Below, in pieces: positions 12,480 through 27,944 of a stretch of DNA of 64,000 nt. The notes under the pieces were generated by a model. It was given only the letters and a program-made list of their open reading frames with translations. It had not been told where the DNA came from and did not search any database. Source of the DNA: Octopus vulgaris. Lineage: Eukaryota. Within the stretch, counting starts at the first letter, position 1. Every line of letters begins with the position of its first letter. The translations under genes and the position numbers were made by a program. The stretch is from positions 30,628,001 to 30,692,000 of the forward strand of contig OX597824.1 in assembly GCA_951406725.2 (NCBI GenBank), given 5' to 3'.

Positions 12480-13800
12480 AACAATGTTCAAGAGCATTCC
12501 TACCATGGCCATTTTGTTGATTTTTTTTTTGAGATTAGTTTATCTTTTACGACGGTAGGGTGTGATTTGAGGGAAATTTGGTTTTTATTTCTAGCAGTTC
12601 GAACAACTACATAGAAGTTACCTCATTAGCTAGACCCATACCCAGTAAAATAACAAGCGGCTCAACCAAATTACAACTCATTAGTGAACATACTAATTGA
12701 TTATAATGAGAAGTAATTAAGTAATTAGACGCAGTTTTGCCGTGGGAGAGAGAAAAATCGTCGCATTCATAAAGTGCTTCTTGGTCTTATTTTCATTTTT
12801 TTGCTGTAAACAACTTGATAATCACTGGTACCTGCTGCTGCCGCTGTTGTTGTTATGGTTGATGTTCAACCTCAACTCAGCTGTGTTGGAGATGACGCAT
12901 GCTTAAAGGCATTCCAGCCATGCCCAACCAGTCTTTTTTCAGACATAGTGTATCTAGGATAATATTATCTACCTTATAGTATAACTGTATGACCCAACTT
13001 AAACCTGATCAATCTGATGTAATGTTCAAAATCATTTCAGCCGTGACCTTCCAATCTGTTGTAGCTACGACTCGAACTTCATTACCCAATGTATCTTTTG
13101 CCAATTCAAAACAAGGAGTAGTGGCTATATTTATTGTTGTTTCTCATATGTCTGTTCCACATATTTTATTTAGACATAGTTTATCTAGAACTACATTATC
13201 TAATGTTTCTCTCTGTATTGCTGTATGTGCTTCAAGTCAGCCACGAACGAACAGACTTCTGATCGAAGACGTTCCAGCCGTGACTGTTCTGTCTTTTTTA
13301 CAAACGTCATGCACTAGGAATATGTCATCTGATGTATTCCTCGTTGTTTAGTCTCAAGTCAGTTTTGATTCAGAAGGCTTATGATTGTTTCACACACTTC
13401 AGCTGTCACCATCCAGTCTGTTTTCTAGACAGATAAACTTGCACAGAATTATGCTGTATGTGCTTCCATTTTTAAGACAGTACAATATGATTTGAAGACG
13501 TTCTGGCTGCTAGGAGAGGCTTTCTCACATTGACGTACTCACGGCAATTGACTTGTACTTGATACAGAATGTTTAGAGGGATTGATGTTTGTCGTTGTTA
13601 TTGCTGTTTAGTACGCACAGGTCATCCCTGAAAGAGAAAACTTTTCCTCGAAGGTCTTCCAGTCATGATCATGTCAACCCTTTGTATATTCAGTCCTACT
13701 TTATCCAGTAAGCAGCCAACATTTTTAAAGACAATAGGGCATGATTTTGGAAGTTTGGCTTCTATTTCTAGCAGGTCGAACGACGATGTGGCACTCTGTT
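12480..13800. repeat. Cluster of old head-to-tail degenerate ~110-130 bp units of one interspersed repeat family
   Basis: A motif like aaggcattccagccgtgaccatcc-gtcttttt...tatctagga-ctacattatc recurs at about 12495, 12905, 13030, 13265, 13395 and 13650. It is sometimes followed by gggtgtgatttgagggaaatttgg-tgctatttctagcag. Confidence 0.65.
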
Positions 13801-14369
13801 GTTGTTATGTTTGTGTATTCCCAGTTTTGATTCTGATCCAGTACACGTACAACTTGTAAGGTAAGCCAACTGAAGAGGCGCGTCCAACAGACGTGTTTTC
13901 TGTCGAGTTGCGTACTATACTGCACACTCCGACAGGAAGTGATTGTATGGGATTATATGCGATGCAGTGCAACAGCCTATACATGATGCATATTCTCTAC
14001 ATAATGCTGGCTAACCGAAGAAATCTTCTTTTGGTAGTCCGTCTGATGAGAAATGAAAAAATGCCTTGTATTTGCCATATCTGTTTTGTGTCGAATAATT
14101 GTTCTCCAATTCTTTTTCATTCCTATATCATAAACATAGATAATGTAATTAAAATCTAAATTACATGACCAGTGTTTAGTACTCCATGTACCTTCTTAGA
14201 TATCGAAAGGGAAAACTGTGAAGAGGACTACTGTATTTTTGTCCTAGATGTTTTCACTGGTCTTTATACCGTGAAAGATAAATAAGTACAAAACTGTAAC
14301 GTTTCTATATAAATTATTTTGTTACACTCGACCATAAAAGTGACTAGCTGCTTTGTTAATATAAGTCGA

Positions 14370-16145
14370 ATGAAAACCTACATTACATGCGCTAATACTC
14401 TAACCGCCCTTGGTCTATTATAAATAATCTTAGCAGAAATATTTCACTTGGAATATCTAAATTGTCAGTGAATGAGCAAATATTGTGATGATACTGAATA
14501 TTATAATGAAGAAGTGGACTTATTGAAACCATATAATATATTCTAGGCCAAGAACAAGGAATCTGCACCATAACGACAAGTCCTTCTCCAACACTAAATA
14601 ATAATATAAAGAAATCTCACTGTTCTTCTAAGAAACAGCCAAATCAAAATAGAAATATGGGAGAATTAAAACCTGATGTACGTAACACTAAACCTCTAAC
14701 CACTAAAAGTCCCAGTGACCATAGAATTATAATACTATAATACGCTAATAGAAGGAACTCTAGTAAATTCCATACCTCTATCAACGTGAAAACGAATGAT
14801 AAAAACTAAGTTGACGATACGGAAGTATTTTCTATAGAAATTTTTCTAATTGTGACACTAGTAAAAGTGGTGTACCTAAATCTAAAAATGACGGTAATAA
14901 GAGAAATTCGCTATAAGTAACTACTGTTAAGACTAATACTCAGAAAACTAGAAAGGTTAGAGGTTTAGTGTCACACAGTATAACACAAGGAACGTAAAAG
15001 GCAAACGTATTTTCCTCGATATTCTGGTGAAAAAGTTTCCACCTAATGTCATAACAACTTTATGAGGTTTTGGTGAAATTTTCATTCTCAACAACATGTT
15101 ATGCAGCAGATAACATTGATGACTCTAATGATTTTAAGATTAACAAATATACTGAAAGTAACTCAATGTCAGGCGAAGCACAAGCACATTCATATAGTAA
15201 CAGAAACCTAAATGTGGATAAAAATTGCAATACTCAGTCTATGACAAGTCACCCCGGAAATAAAAGTAGGAATGGTGACGTAACCCTCTTAAACACTCGA
15301 CGCAAAAGTAAAAGTATAGGAAAAATACAAGTTCTGACTTGAGACAAAGAAATGCTAATCATTCAAACAAACAAGATGTGGAATGATATAAACTTTACTC
15401 ATACAAATCTAAACCTTAGGAGTACTTACACGGAACCTTTTAATGTCGCAGGATTTTTTACTTCCAATAGTAAAAATATAGTATAAATACTAACATTGAA
15501 AATAGCATAATGGTATTAGTACAAAAAGTATAAACAAGAAGTAGGAAATAAATCCGAATAGCAGCGGTGAAAATACGAGTTTGCTAGCCCTGTAAGATTC
15601 TCCGTGAATAATTCGCTACCTGTTACTATAGAGTAGTGCAATATCATAACACAATCGGGCAATAAATATTATATCGGTTCCATATCGAACCCTTTAAGTG
15701 ACGCTATGGTATGCACAAACATGTTTGGAAAAAATAAAAAAAATGAAAAAAAAAAAAAAAGAAAAGAAAAAAGTAAGCAAAACGGCATCACTAGCAGAAT
15801 ATATACGGAGTTTAAAGTATCGGAGTACTGATTACAAAGTGCAGTGGTGTACTATAGCTACAACCCCAGCGTATACAATAAAAAAGTTGGGTTTGTACGA
15901 TCGAAGATCTTAAGATACTTCAAGCAGATAATTAACTACTAAATCGATAGAGCGAAGGTTTAATCTCATGCAGACACAGAGATTTCAGATCCTTGAAATT
16001 TTATAATAAATCTACTGATTAAAAACCATTTGGTAAAACACAATTGACAAACCATAAAACATCTAGTTACAAAAACAGAAAACTATAGTGAGTTATAAAT
16101 GCTTTAATCATCTGCCGAAGAAGCTCACGCTATTCGGCAGAAATT
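14370..16145 (+). mobile_element. Decayed 5'-truncated Penelope-like retroelement (RT C-terminal region, low-complexity linker, GIY-YIG endonuclease)
   Basis: From 14372: ENLHYMR*YSNRPWSIINNLSRNISLGISKLSVNEQI, resembling the PLE SNHP...RIS.LS motif. From 15630-15880: CNIITQSGNKYYIGS..FK*RYGMHK...SLAEYIRSLK...YKVQWCTIATTPAY, a GIY-YIG-like domain. Stops and frameshifts are present. Confidence 0.7.
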
Positions 16146-16148
16146 ATT

Positions 16149-16360
16149 CTCTTTTACTCTTTTACTTGTTTCAGTCATTTGACTGCGGCCATGTTGGAGC
16201 ACCACCTTTAGTCGAGGAAATCGACCCCAGGACTTATTCTTTGTAAGGTTAGTACTTATTCTATCGGTCTCTTTTGCCGAACCACTAAGTTACGGGGACA
16301 CCAGCATCGGTTGTCAAGCAATGTTGGTTGGGGCAAACACAGACACACAAACACACGCAC

Positions 16361-16435
<75 letters not shown>

Positions 16436-16607
16436 TAGGGCGAGCTTCTTTCAGTTTCCGTCTGCCAAATCCACTGACAAGGCTTTGGTCGGCCCGAGGC
16501 TATAGTAGAAGACACTTGCTCAAGGTGCCACGCAATGGGACTGAACCCGGAACCATGTGGTTGGTAAGTAAGCTACTTACCACACAGCCACAGCCACTCC
16601 AGCGCCT
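16149..16607 (-). mobile_element. SINE family C, near full-length, with central (TA)n
   Basis: Reverse-complement homologue of 2521-2975, with the tRNA-like head at 16530-16607 and a (ctctttta)n tail at 16149. Confidence 0.88.
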
Positions 16608-16879
16608 ATAATTCTAATTATTTTTCTTCAAATTCTTGTTATTGTTAAGGTTTTTCTACATATTCTCCACCTCCTTACATATGTACAGTGCATAAAAAAC
16701 TCATAGGTACACATCTGTGTGTGCGTGGATATAAAGATTAGCATATGTCTCCAGATAGAAAATAGTATATTTATCTCCTATACACCTCTAGAATGCTTGT
16801 TCAATCTATATTTCACACACTTGATAAATATATTATAAAACTATTTCTTTTAATTCACCAAACTCACCATCATCCACAC

Positions 16880-17220
16880 ATCAACTTACAGTCATCGAAT
16901 CAAAGGAGTTCATCAGTTCTGGCAATTTTCCTTCCATTACTTGCAAACAATGCACCGCAGAGAACCTACATTCGCCAAACTCTTCAGTTTCTCCTTTGCT
17001 CAAGAGTCATATATCGATTATTGGAAATACGCTTACGTTTATTCCATTCCCTAAAACTGCTGGCTCTGCCAACTATCGTCTTAAAGCATTTACTTTCAAT
17101 ATCCAACAGGTTTTGGAGGCAATCGTCAATAGATAACAATTTTGCCCAACACCTTAAATCTCACACCATCTCTAATGACCACCAGAAGGGCTTGCGTAAA
17201 GCCAAAATCTACTGGACATT
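16880..17220 (+). mobile_element. CR1/Jockey-group LINE RT fragment, decayed
   Basis: Peptides DYWKYAYVYSIP, GSANYRL, VLEAIVN and HLKSHTISNDHQKGLRKAK match non-LTR RT subdomains (W K.A.V.PIPK, NYRPI, L.D.Q.GFR). Confidence 0.7.
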
Positions 17221-17376
17221 TATTTTCATATGTGAGAACATTTTTAGTGTTTGTGTATGTGTGTGTGTGTGAGAGAGAGAGAGAGCGAGAAAGGGAGAAA
17301 GATAGATACAGAGAGAGAGAGAGAAAGAGAGAGAGAGAAAGAAAGAGAGAGAGAGAGTGTGTGAGAGAGGGAGAGA

Positions 17377-17416
<40 letters not shown>

Positions 17417-19127
17417 AAATAAGTAAATAGCAATCGGTCATTGGTCGCGGAAATTAATAACTCTACGTTAATTGGCTGATGATTTAAACTGTAAAATAGG
17501 ATGCAACCAGATCGTGATGAGGAAATATGTAAAAAAAACCCATTAGAAAAGATGTGGTTTACTGTAGGTTCCTTTACAAACATTACAGTTCACGAAGTAC
17601 ACCTTAACATAAACGTAATAATAAAAAACGCTTAAAAAGTAAGTTTAAATAGTTTTACTTTATCATTGAGGTTGAGGAAATAACATTTTGGCTCAACCCA
17701 TAACTACCAAATTCCCCATGGACTAATTTTACTCGGTTTCAAATCGTCATTTGAATCTGAGCCGTTCACTGATATTTAGCAAATCAGTATTTATATCAGC
17801 AGCAGATGTCTGATGAAATACGAGGTTTTTAGAAAATAATTTTTTAACCTGCAGCTACTGAGGACTTTCATGTGCACGCGCATGTGTGTGCAGAGTAGTT
17901 AACATTCTATTTAAAGGGTAGAGGCTTAATGCATTATTAATGTGAAGAGATGGTTCGATAATAATAAGCGTCACTGATATTATAATTGTTGTTGCTTACT
18001 TTCAAGTTAACTCCAATCGAGTAAATGTAATAAGCCTACAACCAAAAGCGTTCTAGCTGTTACCAGACTGAGTATATTAGGTACTACGTAGTGCATCTAC
18101 ATTGCCCATTGTACAGTTGGCAACTACCCCTTGCAATTTGAGAGACCATATAGAGGCTCGCTCTGATATCGCTGATGTTGGTTTGCCCTGCTCAAACTGT
18201 GTTCCAACAAAATATCATTGAGGTTTGTTCTTATTTGTAGCAAGTCGAGTGACCATGTGGAGGAAAATTACGTTGGCTCACAATAAGAAGAAGACTTGGA
18301 TAAACGTGGCGTTGGTAAGTTAGTGCAGTGCTCTGAAGCTTTTGCTTTTTGCACTGTACTTGGGATTTAAGTTCTGCACTGCAACTTAATAATATAATCA
18401 TCAACTTTACATTACTTGCCTGTTTACGACGCTAAACTTTACATAATAAATGGTCACCAATTTGTCGTTTCTTAGAATGTATACTTTGAATTCTAAGTTT
18501 GAGAGTCCATCTTTCTCCAGGACTGACCACAGCTGATCTTTTTCAGAAGAAAGAAAAACAGACAGAAAAAGAGAATTGGCTCAAGTAGAAAAACTGATAT
18601 TACATTTATCGACTCTGAAATGATGAAAGACAAGGTTGATCTCAGCGAGATTTGGAATCAGAATGAAGAGAGCCGGATTGACTATCGCAAAGCAATCTAT
18701 TCGACGTTTGCTTTAGTGACTCTGACAATCAATTTCTTAATACAGTTAATGTATGACGTTTGGTGTATTTGGACCTACCTTCAGCCTCCCCAGATTAGAG
18801 GAAGGTAGCGGTAAAAATGAGTTAAAGATAGTGGACAGCTGATAGTATAGCTTATTCCTGCGAAATTATTGAAATTTTATGCTATTTCAATAACGTAAGT
18901 TTACAAATATAATTGACAGTATGTCACTTTGTCTCTCTTTGTTTTCCGTCCCCTTGTCATCAGCACTAAAGAAAATTACCTATTATAATTTCACTACCTC
19001 TGTATTTTGTTAAAATACTGACAGATTTAGCTAGCTAAATACTGAATAGAAATGTACATTATATGCTTAACTGTTCATACATAAAAAGTATATGTAACAG
19101 TATGTATATTGTGCAATTTAACTCATA

Positions 19128-19376
19128 AAATAAAATAAATGTGCCTTTTTAAAGCCTAGCAGGCTCATGGGCCCGGTTTCCATGGCATATGTGTTTCCAA
19201 GCTGGAAGGGATGCCAATCCATCGCAGCGTTACTCATTTTTGCCAGCTGAGTGGACTGGAGCAACGTGTAATGAAGTGTTTTGCTCAAGAACACAACGCG
19301 TCGCCCGGTCCAGGAATCGAAACCGCAATCTTACGATCATGATGCTGACACCTTAACCACTAACCCACGCGCCTCC
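19128..19376 (-). mobile_element. SINE family A, full-length with 14 bp TSD
   Basis: Homologue of 1851-2110. Flanking direct repeat caatttaactcata at 19114-19127 and 19378-19391. Confidence 0.92.
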
Positions 19377-19924
19377 ACAATTTAACTCATAGAGAGTAGA
19401 ATTATTTTGTTTAGCCGATACCTTTAAATACAGGTTACTGAAGGTAATTAACTATAATTATTAACTATAATAACCAATATTGAAGTGACATCTACAATGA
19501 CCAGACGTTATGGAGGGAGGACACAATAAATTTAATTTACTTCCACTTATTGTCTAATTTGTATTTGAAGGATCCTACAAAATACGAACATATAGGCGAC
19601 GCTTGCGGAATTTGAACTCATAACATTGTGGGGCCGAGCTCAAATAAATAACCCAGTGTATGTACTTTTATTTTACTCTAACGTTTAACTAGTTCCCTTT
19701 CTTACCAATCAATTCACTGATTTTACTATAATACTTCCACATCATGATAACTGTTACAAATGTGACGCATCCCACGCACACGCTAAAGCACACGCGCATA
19801 CAGAAAGAAAGAGACTGAAAGAGAGGGAGAGACCTTATTGCAATCAGTTCCAACTCCACCAATAGATTTTCCATGGGGCCCACAACTTAAAAAAATAACC
19901 CCTTATATCAAATTCACACACACA

Positions 19925-19987
<63 letters not shown>

Positions 19988-20148
19988 ACGAACGCATCAA
20001 TATTTTTCGGTAATTGATAACTGCGAAGACTATCTAAAAAGTCAGCATGTCTTGAACGTAGTATTGTATATTGGAGAAATACTAGTTGTTATAGAATGAT
20101 TCTGATGTTTATAATAAAAGAGCTGGCGAGTGAGTGAGAGAGAGAGAG

Positions 20149-20187
<39 letters not shown>

Positions 20188-21122
20188 AAGAAAGAAAGAG
20201 GAGAGAGTGAGAGAGAGAGAGTATGTGTGTGTGTGTGTGTAAAATGTTTTCACTATTTCACTATATTGATACTGAGCAGTGCTGGTTACAAGATACGAAC
20301 CATCGACATTTTGGCTGTAATGTCTCACGCTTTACCGACACTCTACTGAAATTTGACAGTTATACATCTTTATTACCAGAAGAAATATAATTGAATTACC
20401 ATGTCTTATACAAATCATTTGGCTTTCCGCGACCAAGGACGTGCATCAGAAAAAGAAAGAGAGAGAAACAGGAAGTGAAATATAAAGTGAGATATTCGAG
20501 CTTCTTTCAGTAAATTCTTCAGCAAAGCTAGAGGCAAAATATTATAGTTATATCCGAATGCATTTCGCAGTCCTATGAATTACCCTATCTGTACATTAAG
20601 TTGTCTTTCCTAAGCTCTTTACCTCTATGCTTGAAATTTTCATAGTATTTTCCTCTGGTGAACATTCTATATGAGCTATTATTTTGGAAGTGGAAGTCGT
20701 TTAATGTATGATTTATAGAATTATAAATTAATTTTTTTTACCACAAAATTTCATATAAATTACTTTAGTGATTATTATGATTTTCATCCTTCGTATATCC
20801 TATTTTTATTCTGAATACTTCAGGTTCTTCATGAGGCGAAGGAAATTTTTATTACAACGTTTTACTTGTTCTTGATATCCACATCAGCGTAAGTTTACAC
20901 AGGGATACATGTTCCGAAGTATTGAGAGTTGGTCGCCTTCAAAACTAAGGAATAACTCTTTCTTATTTTGGACAAGGCAAACAATTTCGAGGGAAGAATG
21001 AAATCGATTACATCGATTCCAGTGCTTAGCAGGTATTCACATTATCGACCTTTAAAGGAGGAAAGGCTAAGTCGAATACGGAGGCATTTGAACCCAGAAA
21101 ATAAAAAGCCGGAAGAAATACC

Positions 21123-21355
21123 TATTTCTTAACTACCCACAAGGGGCTAAACACAGATGGGACAAACAAGGACAGACAAACGGATTAAGTCGATTATATC
21201 GACCCCAGTGAGTAACTGGTACTTATTTAATCGACCCCGAAAGGATGAAAGGCAAAGTCGACCTCGGAGGAATTTGAACTCGGAACGTAACGGCAGACGA
21301 AATACGGCTACGCATTTCGCCTGGCGTGCTAACGTTTCTGCCAGCTCGCCGCCTT
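21123..21355 (-). mobile_element. SINE family B (aggcggcgagctggcagaaacgttagc head), young copy nested in an older related SINE
   Basis: B-box gagttcaaatt and central gtcgactttgcctttcatcctttcggggtcgat on the minus strand. 16 bp TSD agccggaagaaatacc at 21107-21122 and 21360-21375. The host SINE spans about 20965-21420. Confidence 0.92.
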
Positions 21356-22409
21356 AAATAGCCGGAAGAAATACCGCTGAGCAGTTTGTCCTGCGCAGTA
21401 AGAATTCTGCCAGTTCGCCAATGATTTCCAACAAAGTCAGAAAGCTACAAAATTTTGTCGAATTTATGAACCTATGTACTTGACTGCTTCTAATTATATT
21501 GATTTGATAAAGATGGCAAGTAAAATCTTCAACATAAAGTAATGTGATTGAATTTTCATGGCCCCGTAAGGGGAATATCAAAATAGCACCCCACTGATTC
21601 AGCGAAGCCATAACCATAAAACAAATGAAGTATGAAACAAGAATCATTGTCTTAATTGATTGGGTAATTAATGTTTGATCATTGATCGCCCTTTTCAGCC
21701 ATATTTTAAGTCATTTTAATATAACAGTAGTTCATTGGTCTCGAGACACTTGAACCAACTAGCAATGATTATGCTTCTTGCTTGAACATGTAATGAAGGA
21801 TTTCTTCCTGGTTCATATTTTTTTCATATTAAGCTTTCTAAAATAAAAATATATTTTATTTTTTTCAAGTTTATACTTGTTCATCTCATAACTTTTACTG
21901 AGGAACTTTTACGTGATTGGTCGATTTGCAAGAAATAGCAGTAAAATCCTCTTCTAATCATACATTGCCATCTTAAAAAGAGGAAGGGCATGTTGGACGA
22001 TGAAAAATACTTAAATGTATTATGTTTGAGAATAAGACGGGATGACACAGATTCAACACATTTAAGTATTGGTCTTTTGGATCAGGGTTAACCTTAAGCT
22101 AAACAACAACACTTTGATGATTTATATGTGAAAATTGGGAACTAGATAGGACATGCTTGCAAAAGTAATTATCCTCAACTTTTGGAAAATTTTCACTAAT
22201 CTATCCTGTTTATCCACATTTCCTTCTAGTTATGTCCTATTTTGTCCTTTCAACTTTCTACCATTCAATACAAGCTTGGGTATATACATATATAGATACA
22301 CATATACATACAAACATACAATACATACAAACATACATAAATACATACATACATACATATATACATACATACATACATACATACATACATACATACATAC
22401 ATACATACA

Positions 22410-22455
<46 letters not shown>

Positions 22456-23673
22456 CATACATATATATATATATATATATAATACATACATACACACATA
22501 CATTCATACATATACTACATTGCCTTTGTGCTGAAAAGGGAAAAGAACAATATCCTATCAAGGTACTATATGATGTCGTTGCAAAAATGATCTACAGTGT
22601 CATTCGGAAAAAATACTGTCCTGGAATAAATATAGAGAATTTCCCTGTTATTGAATACGTACAGAACCATATAGCACAAGCAATACTGGTGGAACATTCC
22701 CATCAAAACACCTGTCTAGTGTAAGCATAACAGGTAGGATATTGTTGCCTGGGCCAGACAAGAAAAAGTATGTACCTCTATAAAGGTCAGCTGTTCTGCT
22801 GACGTGGATATCTCTTTGAAAGTCATAGGATTTTTAGAAAAAGAAATCAGCCGATTCGCACATTGCAAATACAATCTGTAAGCGAAACAGTAAAACTATG
22901 CAATACTTTTCTCAGGCTTAAAATGTGACATTGTTTTCGTTATTTGCAAATCAGTGATGAAGCTTTGTACTTTTGTTAGAAACCAGTTCCTTCAGAGGAA
23001 GAACTTAAATTATTAAAAGCAGAAGAGAAACACGTAAGCACACACACACACACACACGTGTGTGTGTATGTATATGTGTATGTTTATATGTACATACTTA
23101 CATATATATATGGGGAGTAGGGCAGACTTTTTGTTTATAAGATATTCTAATGAGGAAAGGCAGTGACTATAAACCTTGTAAGTATATACATCCAAACTAG
23201 TGACATTGATGTGGTTAATGTTCAGCCAAAACATCTATAGACCAAAGAAAAACGTAAGGTTAGGATAGGTGCTCATAAGGAGTACAATTATGGGGAGGTT
23301 GGACTAAAGAGAAATGTCGAATGCTGATCTTATATGAAAAGTGGCACGATGATCACAGTTGGAAAATATCAGTTTATAAGTCTCTCTGCTCAATCAGGAG
23401 TGACTTGAGGGTTAATAAGTACAGATGTCACAGGAAATGCTAAATAAATAAAAAAAAAAAGTTACTACAGTTACTATTTTTAACTACAACATGGTGTATC
23501 CAGTTCTATCCGTCAAGTTTAACACGATCTCACACGATCACATAAAGCATTACGTGTTATTCTGGGGAAATTCACAAGAAATAGCTGGCAGCTAAGCAAA
23601 ACGTGGGACTACTTTGACTATTGCTATAGCTGTTTCTCTGTTAACTGTACTCACACACACACACACACGCAAA

Positions 23674-23725
<52 letters not shown>

Positions 23726-23726
<1 letters not shown>

Positions 23727-24222
23727 TAGCAGTATCGCCCGGCGTTGCTCGGGTTTGTAAGGGAAATAACTATATAAGTATTTTTAGAGAGTTACTTCCC
23801 TTATAGATGCCAATTCGGGCTTTCTTAGCCATTTCTGTTTCGGTGTCTTCAAGCCATGAAGTCGTTGTTCTAAAAGAACGCTGGTCTCCTTGGCAACGCT
23901 TTACGACGTTGATTTCCTTACACTCCCTTCCCCACAGCTTCACGAGGGAGGGAAGAAGGGGGAGAAGCAAACAGGTGCAGGTGTGACCATGGACGCCAAC
24001 TCTGCCGCCATCGACACACGAAAAATTATGCATTAAAATGGAATAAAAAATTATGTTAAATTATTTTTAAAATCGTAGACTCATCGTAGACGCGCGCTAA
24101 TACTCAGACGGGCTCGATATGACTCACGACTATAAGATACCCGAATTTGGTTAAACTGCACCGCAAAATGTGGGAGTAGTTAGGAATCTAAATCGAAGGG
24201 GACAGACGCTCACACAACTACA

Positions 24223-24236
<14 letters not shown>
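23726..24236 (-). mobile_element. Non-autonomous Helitron, ~510 bp (copy 1)
   Basis: The minus-strand 3' end reads cccgagcaacgccggg (hairpin)...CTAG|T, and the 5' end tatataaaactg merges into (TA)n. Near-identical to 54887-55399; ORFs 23770..24033 and 55092..55355 differ by three residues. Confidence 0.85.
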
Positions 24237-24299
<63 letters not shown>

Positions 24300-24329
24300 T
24301 ATATATATACATTATATACGAGTACATGC

Positions 24330-24364
<35 letters not shown>

Positions 24365-24602
24365 TGTATGTGTGTGTATACACAATTAAGGATAAAATCA
24401 CAAAAATAACGATCTTATCAGTAGCCAGCATGTAATAAAAACCACATAGGCAAGAATCAATATATATATATAATTATATTTATATATATGTTAGAAATAG
24501 ATGTCAAATGACACTAAAACCACATCATTTTTTACACTCCATTAGTACAGGTTGAAAGCGAGGTAAATGAATAAAAAAGATTTGGCAAAATTTTAAAGGT
24601 TA

Positions 24603-24665
24603 ATTCTAGATCGAACGATTTCTGGTTTAGTAATATAAAAATTACTTTACATTCGTCAATAGAAT
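24603..24665 (-). ncRNA. Type I hammerhead ribozyme, U3 variant with imperfect stem II
   Basis: Minus strand: attcta TTGACGA atgtaaagtaat-ttttat-attactaaacca GAAA tcgttcga TC tagaat. Stem I has 6 bp and stem III is tcg/cga, but the base of stem II is mismatched. It lies in a (TA)n-flanked insert. Confidence 0.55.
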
Positions 24666-24686
24666 ATACCAGAACGTACATAAATG

Positions 24687-24730
<44 letters not shown>

Positions 24731-24828
24731 AATACAAATACATGCGCTCATGCACAAATACATTCATATATTCACGAGTATATACGAGGCAAATCCCATT
24801 TTTCATTTCAGTCAATTTATACATACAT

Positions 24829-24923
<95 letters not shown>

Positions 24924-24964
24924 AAATTGTTTTAGTTGGTGTACACATTTTATATATTGGGATC

Positions 24965-25165
24965 AAATTTTCGCATAAGGCCAGCAATTTCGGAGAAGGA
25001 GTGAGTCAATTTCATCGACCCTAGTGCTCAACTGGCGCTTATTTGATCGACCCCAAAGGGATGAAAGTCAAAGTCGACCTAAGCAGAAATTGAAGTCAGA
25101 GCGTAAAGACGGACAAAATACCGCTAGCCACTTTGTCCAGCGTGCTAACGATTCTGCCAGTTCAT
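24965..25165 (-). mobile_element. SINE family B-related, older copy
   Basis: cgaccccaaagggatgaaagtcaaagtcgacc...gtgctaacgattctgccag is homologous to 39371-39588. Confidence 0.8.
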
Positions 25166-25325
25166 CTTACAGATTTTATATTTTAAGAAAAAGAAGGTAG
25201 TCAGGATATGGCTAAGAAACTATTCAGCACTTTCGTCCCTCACAGAGATTTCGTCCCTTTCAGGAATACCTGAAAGCAAGCACTAGATAAATAGTTTTAT
25301 CGAAACCCTATCTTCTTTTTCTTCA

Positions 25326-27399
<2,074 letters not shown>

Positions 27400-27425
27400 T
27401 ATATATATATATATATACATATATA

Positions 27426-27646
27426 TTCTTTATTTGTGAATTAAGGCTACCATTAATTTCTTGATAAGAAAAGTAGGAAAATATCTTAGCGTTTTAATAA
27501 TTTTTTCAAGCCGATCACATGAAGGAAGGTGTTCTACTCAACAACTTTCTCCATGTGATCGGCTTGAAAAATTGTTAAGACACTAGGATATTTTCCTACT
27601 TTCCTTAACACGAAACCAATGCTAGCCTTAATTCACAAATAAAGAA
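27426..27646. repeat. Fold-back palindrome with ~107 bp arms next to (TA)n
   Basis: Pairs ttctttatttgtgaattaaggcta / tagccttaattcacaaataaagaa, aaagtaggaaaatatc / gatattttcctacttt and ttttcaagccgatcacatg / catgtgatcggcttgaaaa. Confidence 0.92.
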
Positions 27647-27837
27647 ATTATATATCCACCAATGCGGTGTTGAGCACTCAGTTCACCGTTCGACATTTAT
27701 GTACACCACCTCCATATATACATGTTTATATATATGTGTGCGTATGTTTATATATACCTATATACACACATACATATGTCTGTACACATGTGTGTATGTA
27801 TGTGTGTGTATGTGTATGTATGTATATATACACACAC

Positions 27838-27944
<107 letters not shown>

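Noticed and set aside
16105-16148. Hairpin ctgccgaa/ttcggcag followed by aaa at the 3' end of the PLE relic, as a hammerhead
   Set aside because: There is no recognisable CUGANGA and stem I cannot be formed. At most it is a remnant cut by the adjacent SINE.
20824-20888. Possible 65 nt + strand exon (cag|...|gtaagt; VLHEAKEIFITTFYLFLISTS)
   Set aside because: Splice signals are plausible, but I found no partner exons and no recognisable homology.
22776-22875. Possible 100 nt minus-strand exon (LYLQCANRLISFSKNPMTFKEISTSAEQLTFIE)
   Set aside because: The acceptor is good but the donor is weak (gtacat), with no recognisable homology or linked exons.
23770-24033. Duplicated 87-aa ORF (also 55092-55355) that looks like a conserved small gene
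   Set aside because: Both copies lie inside near-identical Helitron copies. Similarity is uniform at the DNA level and there is no recognisable domain.
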